Shown: piece by piece, positions 37,512-47,800 of the stretch | Layout: each line of letters starts with the position of its first letter | Position numbering within the stretch: position 1 is the first letter of the stretch | Translations under genes and position numbers: made by a program | The notes under the pieces: generated by a model | What the model was told of the DNA's origin: nothing | What the model saw: only the letters and a program-made list of their open reading frames with translations | Databases searched by the model: none | From: Bacillales bacterium | Lineage (GTDB): Bacteria > Bacillota_I > Bacilli_A > RF39 > UBA660 | Direction: 5' to 3' | Length of the DNA: 64,000 nucleotides | Assembly (NCBI GenBank): GCA_016282375.1 | Contig: JAEEKI010000014.1 | Location: forward strand, 85,791 to 149,790

Positions 37512-38081
37512 CTATTCATTTTCGTCTTCATCTTTATCTACTTCAGATAATTCTTTCGCAGATTTTTTCTTTACTTCAAGAGCAATTGTATATATTTCAT
37601 AAACAAATGCATACAATGTTGGTAATATTATTAAGAACATGAAACCCCATTTAGATTCTAATAAGCCTAAAATTAAACCTAGTTTTTCAATTTTTAAAGC
37701 ACCATTAGCTACACCAAGAATATCATTATATGATACTTGAGCATCATTAAAGTAGAAAGAATCTTCAGCTCCATCTACTCTTTCAGCACTTTCAATAACA
37801 CCAAAATTGATATAGCTTCTAGTCTCTCTGTTACCATAACGGAAGAAAGCACCACTACCTTCGGTGTATTCTGATTCAAGGCCTTTGGTTACAACAATAA
37901 TATCATATTTATTAAAGCCATATTGTTCAAGTGAACGATTATCAATTACAAATAAAGATGTATCACCGAATTCACTGTATCCATATTCATTCAAAGATAA
38001 TAAACATATAGTTGTAAAAATAGCTATTATCACCCATGCTCCAATAAGTATTTCTTTAATAAAATTTAATATTGCCTTCAT
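37512..38081 (-). CDS. SipW-like protein with apparently lost catalytic residues (pseudo-peptidase)
   Basis: Same topology as SipW (N-TM, beta core, C-TM, acidic tail). The SGSMEP position reads NRSLEQ and the THR position reads FFRY. Confidence 0.45.
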   Translation of the reverse strand: MKAILNFIKEILIGAWVIIAIFTTICLLSLNEYGYSEFGDTSLFVIDNRSLEQYGFNKYDIIVVTKGLESEYTEGSGAFFRYGNRETRSYINFGVIESAERVDGAEDSFYFNDAQVSYNDILGVANGALKIEKLGLILGLLESKWGFMFLIILPTLYAFVYEIYTIALEVKKKSAKELSEVDKDEDENE

Positions 38082-38192
38082 ATTCTCACCAATATTATGA
38101 TAGCATAAAAAAAATCAATTGTAAAACAAAAGCCAATGTAAAAAGCATCTACAAATAATTTTAAAGATCAATCTACATAAACCAAACTAAGA

Positions 38193-39371
38193 CTAACAAT
38201 AAGCTTCTCTAGATGTATTGAGATAGCATTCAATGTCACCATCTTCATTTTCATCCCAATCTACAATATTTAAAAGTCCACTATAATGGATATAATATTC
38301 AAGCCCAGCAATTGTGCATTCACAACTAATCCTATTCCTATTACAATGACATCTTTGGATTGGGCTTATCAATATACCAGAATCAATAAACACCTGACCT
38401 AATGATAATATAATCCTTTTTTGTTCTTCTTCTGTAAATAAATTACTACCATGCCCTGTCAATCCATATTGCGTATATGGTTGGCTTAAACATATTTCTA
38501 TCGAATTTCCCTCAAAAGCATATGAAACACCCCAATCATCTAGCCTTTCGGTTGTATATGTCCCACATACAAAATATTGAGTACTATTTTGACCTATATA
38601 CACAAAATACCCTGTGTCAGGTCCGCTATCTTCTACTGATCCTGGATGGTTTGGAAAGTAATATGAGCTGGTAGAATACCAATAATCTACTGGTGTATCA
38701 GGAAGCAAATGAGCAATAATAATTGCTGTACCCGCACTACATGATACATTTGCTACTTTAAATTTTCCTGAATACGTCTTTCCAGATAAAGCACTTTGAT
38801 CTTGATTCACATTATAGAACTTACTTGTTAATGTCCATACAGCTGTCGTGGTCGTACTACTAGTTCCATCTATCGTTGCTCCACTTACGACTGTTGTACT
38901 ATTATTAGTATATGAAAAAACTGATAAGTCTCTTTCTATATAAATATAATTGGTGCCATCACCTGCATGGGCATTACTTGCCAATATTCCTTGAATAGTA
39001 TATTCATTTGCTGTTACTCCACTTGTATGGGCTGTATATTTATCACTTGAGGTCCATTCATAAACAATGTCATAGGTACATACCATGTTGTAGTCTGTAT
39101 TAGGTGTGAAATTAACTGTAAGTGTTGTACTGTTTTCAGCGGCTACATTATTACTGTTGGCTTTTTGCATGCTGGCTACAGTTATATCTAATGACATGTT
39201 TCCACCTAGGGTAACAAAGACCATATTATTTCTTTCTGTTACGGTATTGGCATTAGCTACATTAGTTATATTCATATTACCTGTTGAAAAAAAGGCATAT
39301 GTTGCTCCTATAATTAAGACTAAAAAAGTCAGTATAGTAACAATCATTAAAACGATGTTATTCTTTTTCAT
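38193..39371 (-). CDS. exported protein with SipW-cognate N-terminus and Cys-rich C-terminal domain
   Basis: MKKNNIVLMIVTILTFLVLIIGATYAFFSTGN. Nine Cys in the last ~150 aa (six within ~50 aa near the C-terminus). The start is moved to the ATG at 39371. Confidence 0.6.
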   Translation of the reverse strand: MKKNNIVLMIVTILTFLVLIIGATYAFFSTGNMNITNVANANTVTERNNMVFVTLGGNMSLDITVASMQKANSNNVAAENSTTLTVNFTPNTDYNMVCTYDIVYEWTSSDKYTAHTSGVTANEYTIQGILASNAHAGDGTNYIYIERDLSVFSYTNNSTTVVSGATIDGTSSTTTTAVWTLTSKFYNVNQDQSALSGKTYSGKFKVANVSCSAGTAIIIAHLLPDTPVDYWYSTSSYYFPNHPGSVEDSGPDTGYFVYIGQNSTQYFVCGTYTTERLDDWGVSYAFEGNSIEICLSQPYTQYGLTGHGSNLFTEEEQKRIILSLGQVFIDSGILISPIQRCHCNRNRISCECTIAGLEYYIHYSGLLNIVDWDENEDGDIECYLNTSREAYC

Positions 39372-39454
39372 ATGAACTCCTACTGTAATAAGTATATAAT
39401 TAATATAATTTTTAGACAAGTCGTTTTTCAACAAAAAAAGAATTAACATTATCG

Positions 39455-40237
39455 TTAATTCTTTTTCGTTAATTTTCCATCTGTCTCATTAAGTTTTTTA
39501 ATGTTAATATCACCCAAGCTGACACTAATTTCAGAGTCTCTTTCAATATCAGCTGTTTTAATATTAATATCTCCAATATCATTTTTAACACTAATAAACT
39601 GATTTAATTTATTAATATCAATATTTAATAAAGTACTCTTAGAAAAGAAATTATCTACTTCATCAACCTTTAGTGTTCCCCATAGACTATAAATGGAGGC
39701 ATTGGCCGTTTTGCCAATCTCAATACCACTTCTTCTGGAAACTACTTTAACAACTTTGGCTTGATCAACTTTGACATTACCAAAACGATTCGTAATAGCC
39801 ATCGTGGCATTTTCGAAACTTTCAATATTTACAGGGCCATATTTATTAACAACAGTTATATATTCTTTAAAGGACTCGGGAGCTGTGATATTAATAACAT
39901 TCATTTTACAAAATAAACATCCATCATAATACTTAACTTTAATGGTTATTTTTTTGTTATAATCTTTTATTTCAATATTTTTACGCTCTGATAAAACTTC
40001 AACTTTAATTTTTTCATCATCGGGTTCACTATTTTTTATATTAATAATAGCTTGATCAACATCTATATATATTGTATCTATATCTTCATACTCTTCATCA
40101 TGAATAGTATTACTACTTTGACGACCAAAAAATATTTTCTTGGTAAAATGAAAAGGTTCATAACTACTTACGACACCAAGAATGGTTAAAATGATGAGAA
40201 GCATAATACATATGACAATAGTCAACTTCTTTTTCAT
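39455..40237 (-). CDS. membrane-anchored DUF4097-like (putative adhesin beta-helix) protein
   Basis: N-terminal TM helix. Repeated GxVKVD / GDINIK-type strands, as in DUF4097 proteins. Confidence 0.45.
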   Translation of the reverse strand: MKKKLTIVICIMLLIILTILGVVSSYEPFHFTKKIFFGRQSSNTIHDEEYEDIDTIYIDVDQAIINIKNSEPDDEKIKVEVLSERKNIEIKDYNKKITIKVKYYDGCLFCKMNVINITAPESFKEYITVVNKYGPVNIESFENATMAITNRFGNVKVDQAKVVKVVSRRSGIEIGKTANASIYSLWGTLKVDEVDNFFSKSTLLNIDINKLNQFISVKNDIGDINIKTADIERDSEISVSLGDINIKKLNETDGKLTKKN

Positions 40238-40239
40238 TA

Positions 40240-41724
40240 TTACTTCCTTAAGATATTTTCAACATAAATAATAAATTCTAATTCATCTAAACTTATCCGA
40301 TTACGAACAAAATCATAATGCATAACTAGATTATTAATGTTTTTTAGATAAGAATCGATAGATTCTAAAGTTATTTTATCCTCTTTTAGATTAATGTTAA
40401 TTAAACGATATCTATCACTTATAATCTGAGGAATATTCTTATCTTCAGAAATACTAATATTATTGATAATATTTAACTCACCACAATAAACAAATCTAAA
40501 TAGTCTAATAATATTTTCATCAATGTCTTTCATAGTTAAATTATCATTTTCCGCTTTAAGAAGTTTAACAAAGTAATTAAAATCAGCCGTAACTATCAAT
40601 AATAATTCATGATAAGTAGTATCATTGTTTACATCTTTAAAGATTGTATTTTGAATCTTTAAATCATCTAATTCATGATACAACTTATATAATTCAATAA
40701 GACAATTATTACGATTTAACTTTGTTTCACCATTAGCAAAACGACTGTTAAGTTTTTTATTTAATTTAAATAATTCTTTCTCTTTCTTAACTATTTCTTT
40801 ATATTTATTATTGTAAACATCTTTATACTCTTGCTTATGCTCAAATAATTTTTTAAAATCATCAATAACAAACATAAAATGTAATAGTTCTTTATATTCT
40901 AGTAAAGTATCATTAAGTTTTAATAAATTATTGTAGTTAGCTTCCCTATCATCTGTTAGTAATAATTCGGTAGCTATTGATTCAATACTCTTTCTCGAAA
41001 TTTCTGTTACAGAAACATTTTTTCCAAGCACTTGGGAAGATAGATACTTAATATTGTTATGTTTACAATAATCAATATATTCATTATCTTGTTTATACTT
41101 CTCTAGTAATTCTTTAGATGACGCAACATTATTCTTAAAAAATGCATCAATTTTTTTCTTATATTTAAAATATAAATAACGAAAATTTAGTTCGATTTGA
41201 TTCATTAAATTAGAGTTTTCCCAATATAATGACTCAAATACGGTATGCATATCATCATCTTTATTTAATAAAGCTGCCATATATTTATTTACAACTTCGG
41301 TGTAATTAAAATCTTGAATAGTTAATTTAATACTTACTTTTTCAAAAGCAGCAATAATATAAAGAATAATCTTATTTATCTTATTAAGATCCTCTTTATA
41401 ATAATGCCCTATTTCATAAATATAATAAGGCAAATTCATTCTTTCGTAACTTTCTAAATAGTCACTGGTAAATTTAACTGAAGATACATCTATTTTACTA
41501 GATGTTTTAGGATTTGAATCATTGGAGTATTTTTTACGATATGTATGATATCTATCTTCAATTTCATCGGCTATTTCTTTTAATTTAGCATTATATACTT
41601 TTAATTGACTGTCAATATACGCAACATATTCTTCCTTTTTCTTGTTTGTATCAGTAGGAAGAATTGAAAGGTTATTGTTAATAGCATCAATTTCTTCTTG
41701 AATCTTATTTATCATTATTAACAC
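40240..41724 (-). CDS. hypothetical cytoplasmic alpha-helical protein (494 aa)
   Basis: Long ORF with no TM helix and K/E/N-rich helical composition. GTG at 41724 or ATG at 41715. Confidence 0.5.
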   Translation of the reverse strand: MLIMINKIQEEIDAINNNLSILPTDTNKKKEEYVAYIDSQLKVYNAKLKEIADEIEDRYHTYRKKYSNDSNPKTSSKIDVSSVKFTSDYLESYERMNLPYYIYEIGHYYKEDLNKINKIILYIIAAFEKVSIKLTIQDFNYTEVVNKYMAALLNKDDDMHTVFESLYWENSNLMNQIELNFRYLYFKYKKKIDAFFKNNVASSKELLEKYKQDNEYIDYCKHNNIKYLSSQVLGKNVSVTEISRKSIESIATELLLTDDREANYNNLLKLNDTLLEYKELLHFMFVIDDFKKLFEHKQEYKDVYNNKYKEIVKKEKELFKLNKKLNSRFANGETKLNRNNCLIELYKLYHELDDLKIQNTIFKDVNNDTTYHELLLIVTADFNYFVKLLKAENDNLTMKDIDENIIRLFRFVYCGELNIINNISISEDKNIPQIISDRYRLININLKEDKITLESIDSYLKNINNLVMHYDFVRNRISLDELEFIIYVENILRK

Positions 41725-41821
41725 CAGCTTTCAAATCTTCCAATGATTTTACAAACTGTAAGATAGTTTCATATAAATCAATTAGTTCTTTATCTGTTAG
41801 TTCTTTCATATTATGTACTCC

Positions 41822-44800
41822 CTACTTAATTATTATATATTTTTCTACGGTTCCAATCAATGAGGAATTATCATATAGCATGAAATCTAAACGATATGTA
41901 CCTGGTGTTAAATCATCTTTCATCGTTAGATTTAATGTAGTTGTAGCCGTAGGATTATTTAAAATCAAATATTCATTGGCATTAGCCGTTGCAAGGAAAG
42001 TATTGCTTACATAATCTGTAATATCAACTGCTTCATACTCTGTAGTGGTTTCCATATCATATTTTCGACGTAACATTTTAATCCTTATAGATGGATTAGT
42101 TAATCCAGAGTTATAACTAATTGTACATGTTACATTATTACTATTATTTAAGGTATAACCTGTGTCTTTATAAACAATCATATCTTTGTTGGCAATTTCA
42201 ACATCTAAACCATAGATTTCATTAACAATGTAAATTGGGAAATCAATATAATCAGATGTTTCAACACCATAATAGATACCATCTGGTGAACCAAAGGACT
42301 CTACTCTTAAAACATAATTACCAGTTGTAAAGCTTGATGTTCCCGTTTTTACTTTAATCCAAGTTTGAATATTACCTACGTGATCAGCAATTTTAATTCT
42401 CGTTGTACCATCAATACTTGGTGAATAATTAACTTCATTTATTTCGTAAGTTAACCCTAACATAGAAACCCCAGATACAACATTGCCTTGAGAATTGAAT
42501 AAAGTAAGTTTTAATCCTACTTTAGAATCAAACATATGTGTATCATAAATAACATTAGTACCAACAGATGATTGAGTATAATTAGTTTGTAAATTTAATG
42601 TTACAGTTTCACCACTATATATAGTATTACTACTGATAGTTCCATTAATATCAATGACGGCATCTAATCCATCATAGACATCATAGTACATATTAGCTTC
42701 TTGAATACCTAAAACACTGACAATAGTTTGATTATTACCATCTTGTAGTTCGAACAAAAGATAATTATCTAAAGAATCATCTTCGAATTCCGTGTCATCA
42801 AAATCAATAATAAAAATAAACTCTTCCTGGCAATAGTCACCAATTTGTCGGTAATACTCAGCATTTTTCAGGGCGTCATTATAGAGGACTCCACTGTTGA
42901 AAGCACCCATGACTTCAAACATTGACAAGTTATAAGATGCTTCACCATGGAATGATATTTGATTTTCAGCATTAGCTACTTCAGCAGCAGTTATAACATG
43001 ATAATAATACTTAGCATCATCCATACTTAAATCAATCATTGTAATTTTTGTATTTTCTGGCAAAGCAATATTTGATACTAAAGCTCGATGATATCCATTA
43101 CCATAAACATTTTGATCTTGAGCATATAGTGAGAAATATGCACTGATTGATGATTTTGAAGATATTTTTGTTGGTGAAGAAATAAATAAATCATATTTTC
43201 TACCCGCTGTTAAAGATGCTTCATAGTCGTTTGTGGTAAATAAGATACGCGAAATATTTACGTTAATGATTAATGTTTCAGGATCCGTCGTTAAATCATC
43301 AATTCGGCTAGTAACCCGTAACATTATTTGAATTGTTCCAATTGACCCCGCCGTTTGAATGTTTTTAGAGTGATATAAATAAAATTGTAACGATGGTACA
43401 TTGGTACTGTTTTCACCAACATAACTATGTAAACCTTGAATTTGTGGAGTGGTATTACTATAGAATGAGGTTGATCCAACTGTTAACCAACCTGAGTTAC
43501 TTGTTTCCATAGAAAGTCCAATTGTTTTATCTACAGTTGCTAGATTTGATGAAACTTTAGGAATAGAATTCTTACTAATTACTTGGACACCACTTTCCAA
43601 ACCTGTAAAGTCTACTCTCATGATTTCAAAAGTAGTATTTGGTACTGTATAATCGATTAATGGTAATTCCACAGCACCTAAAGTAGAATACTTAGATGCC
43701 ACTAAGTTTACTTCATATGTTTGAACATATTCACCAACAATCCACATGTACATTGGAGCATCTGCTGGTGTTGGTTCAATATACTTAACTGTGTTTACAC
43801 CTTCAGCATCGACAAAGTTACTATAGAATCCGTCAGCCGTAATATCATGATCCGTTTTATGTGCACCTAGAACATAAGAACCAGTTGTAAACATACCACT
43901 GTTTAGGTCAACATGATCACCATAGTCATAATCATCATAAATACCTACAACAACCGAGTTATTAGCACCATATTTAAATAGTCCAAAGAAAGTCATTCCA
44001 TAAACATTACCATATGATGATAATGTTTCATTAGCAATGTTTAAGACTTTGTTGTTGGCACCATACATATAAATACGATTATCAACATTCTTTTGAACAG
44101 TATGATTAGTATCATCAATTTCAACAGTTGCTAAAGCACCTGTTGAGGTTAAACTCTTATAGCTTTGAAGGGCATTAGCACCAGTTTCTAAGAATAATGT
44201 TGAATTATTTTTTAAATCTAATTCTTCGATAATAGATAATGTAAATAATACATCACTATATTCGTTTGTTCTATCGGTTGCTCCACTTAATGTTAAAGCA
44301 GAGTTATCAATAACTAAAAGGTCAGTTCTTTGAATGGAAACATTATGTTTTGGATTACTAAATGTTCCATAGTTTTTAATATTAATAGTACTTGTACCAG
44401 TTGTTGTTGAAGCATTACCACTTCCAAAAATAGAACCTAAAATATCAAAATTATTATAATTTAAGGCGTTAATGTTAACAGCAATTGAGGATGTTACACC
44501 GACGAAGTGCCAGTCGTAGTTTTCTGAACCGGAAGCGTTTGCTTCACCACCACCGAAGACTGTACCACGAATATCAACAGTCCCTCTTGTAGATTCAGCA
44601 GTCGTAGCAACATCAGCACCAATATCAACGGTAGTTCCGCCGTACACAACTGATGTATTAGCTCCACCATAAACATTACCATAGATTGTTGCACCAAGTA
44701 CTTTAACATTTGAATATGAATTATTAGTAACAGAATCACCTGTAAAGGCTGCATTTCCGCCACCAAATAATGAACATTGTGATTTAACTACGCAGCTAGC

Positions 44801-47800
44801 AGTTCCAATCGTTGTTGTACCACCAACAGTGATGTTGGTATTTCCTAAAACGGTCGCGTTAGATCCATTTCCACCACCATAGGCACTACCGTGAATAGTA
44901 CCATTATTTATTACAACATTGGTATTACCTGAAGTGGCACCATCATTTCCACCACCATAGGCATTAACATTAATTGTACCACCAAAGATTTTTAATGAAG
45001 TATTGTTGTTAACGGCCGCTAAATTACCGCCACCGTAAACACTATTAGAAATAGTTCCTGAATTAATAGTGACATTAGTACTACCAACCGCTGCTAAGTT
45101 ACCTCCACCATAAACGTTAGAAACTGTACTACCGCCAACTGTAACATTGGTTGTGGATGATACTCCACCAGCATTATTGCCACCATAAATATCCGTAATG
45201 GTTCCACCGTTAGTAGTGATATTTGTTGTAGTTACATTACCACTTTGATTTGAACCACCATAAATATTTGTAACAGTTCCAGTTGAAGAAGAAGGAAGTG
45301 TGACGTTTGTTGTTGTAGCTCCAGCACGATTACCACCACCATAAATATTGCTAGCAGTGCCGGCATTAACAGTTATGTTAGTCGCACCAACAGATGCTAA
45401 ATTACCACCACCGAAGATATTGGTTAAAGAACCACCATCAATTGTAACGTTGGTTGTGGATGATACCCCACCTTGATTATTACCACCATAAACGTTTGTA
45501 ACAGTTCCACCAGCGACATTTGTGTTAGTTGTCGTTACATTACCACTTTGGTTAGATCCACCATAGATATTTGTTATAACAACATTGGCTGTTGATGGAA
45601 CGGTAATATGTGTCGTTGTAGCTCCGGCTTGATTTCCACCACCATAGACTGCTGATAAAGTATTAGAGACATTATTAATAGTTACATATGTATCACCATT
45701 AACGTTACCAGCGTTTCCACCACCAAAGACAGAACCGTTTATTGTACCGTTATTTATTTCAACAGTTGTATCATTGGCAATCGCGGCTTGGTTACCTCCA
45801 CCGTAAATTGTGTTAAATGTACCACCGTTAATTGTTACATCAGCATCGCCACCAACATTACCGGCATTTCCACCGCCAAAAACCGTATTAGTTACTGTTC
45901 CATTATTAATTTCAACATTTGTATCATTGGTAATCGCAGCTTGGTTACCTCCACCATAGATTGTATTAAATGTTCCACCATTAACTGTAATATTTGTATC
46001 GTCACTGACAGCTACATTACCTCCACCATAAGCGGTTGTAATTGTTCCGCCATTGACAATAATATTTGTTTCAACCGTTTTACCACCAGCATTATTACCA
46101 CCGTATAATGTCGTAATAGTACCTTTATCAACGGTGACATTAGAGGTACTAACATTACCACTTTGATTTGAACCACCGTAAAGATTTGTAACAACGATAT
46201 TGTTGCTTCCACTTCTTGTATGTAAATCGACATTAGTTGTCGTAGCACCGGCATTATTACCTCCACCATAAATGGCTGTAATGGTGCCAGTATGATTATA
46301 TACATCAATATTAGTCGTTGTTGTACTAACTAAGTTACCTCCGCCATAGATAGTTCCGATTGAACCACCCGTAACTTCAACATTAGTTGTACCGCAAGTA
46401 CCACCTTCGTTATTACCACCATAAACGGTCGTGGCACTACCCGAAGATATATTAACATTAGCCGTTGTTACACTACCCGATGTATTTGAACCACCATAAA
46501 CATTGGTTGTCGTAGCACCAGATAAATAAACATGTGTCGTTGTAACAGAAGATTTATTTCCACCACCAAAGACATCAGTTATAGTTCCACCATTTAGATG
46601 AACTTCGTTTTGCTTAGTATGACTACCAGCTTGGTCATGACCACCAAAGACTTTACCTACGGTTCCACCATTAACGGTTACATTAATATTTCCATTAACG
46701 ATAGGTGTATGGGTACTTTCTCCTTGACCACCACCAAAGACACTATTGGTTATGGTTCCTTTATTAACCGTAACACTTACATTGCCACGATTGGTAGCAT
46801 TAACACTACCAAAAGCACTACCACCATAAACACTACCATTGATTGTCGGTCCCGTACTGGCATCACCAATTGTGACAGTAACACCATTAGTGGTAAATGT
46901 ACCATCTGTCGCTGGGTCATCAGGTGTAGCCGGTTCAGCTCCACCTTTACCGCCACCATAGACATTACCGGTTATGGTTCCACCAGTTACAGCAACATCA
47001 ATATTGCCATAAATCGTACCATGCCGATTAGAACCGCCATAGATATTACCAATAGTTCCACCGCTTACATCTATATCAATTAAACTTGAAGTTTGATAGT
47101 TAGATACGCCAAAATCAGCAGAGCGGCTTCCACCATAGATACTACCAACATTTCCTGAGAAAACTTCAATTTTAGCAGTTGAGGTATTGTTATAAACTGT
47201 TCCGGTTGAACCATAGTTACCACCACCATAAACAGCAGTATTAATAGTTCCACCATTGATAATAACATGAGAATTATAAACGGTTCCTTTTTCAGTTGAC
47301 GATGTATCACCACCACCAGCACCAAAGACCGTTCCAGATTCAACGCCATATAATTTACCAGTTCCGCCACCAACAGTGACATTTCCACCAACATATACTA
47401 GAGTTGATCCTTGAAGGACACCGTCGTCAGTATATCCAGATTCAAAACTATTTGAACCGCCAAGAACACTATAAGTTACTGTTCCGCCAGTTACACATAT
47501 TATACGATTACCTTTTGTTGTCGAGTGACCAGCACCACCATAAATTGATCTTACCGTTCCACCACTCATCCCTATAAAGGTTGAGTTTGTCGTTGCCGAA
47601 CCATTATATCCATAACCACCAACAATCGTGTTGATATTTCCGCCTTCGATTTTCGCACCGGTAATTGAGTTGGCATATGTTGATGCTCTAGCCCCAATAT
47701 ATAGGCCGGCTGTATCATCCGTATTTGGTGTATCATCATAGTTATAACCAAAAGTTCCACTCTTTACGATGTTATATGACATGAATATTGATGCACTACC

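Noticed and set aside
41718-41810. 30-codon micro-ORF (MKELTDKELIDLYETIFTVCKIIGRFESWC) with a GGGAG RBS, between the giant gene and the 494-aa gene
   Set aside because: It is plausibly a coupling ORF, but it is too short to support from sequence alone. It is noted only as a possibility.
44400-47600. Regular short repeats that might be mistaken for a CRISPR array
   Set aside because: The repeats are degenerate, contiguous with no unique spacers, in frame within a long ORF, and encode a coherent YGGGN repeat protein.
44494-47760. Many 60-160-aa ORFs on both strands inside the giant gene (for example 44494-44766, 45788-46108, 46598-47083, 47080-47394)
   Set aside because: They lie in alternative frames of the tandem GG-repeat coding region, have low-complexity translations and are fully contained in the 2965-aa ORF. 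They are artefacts of repeat periodicity.
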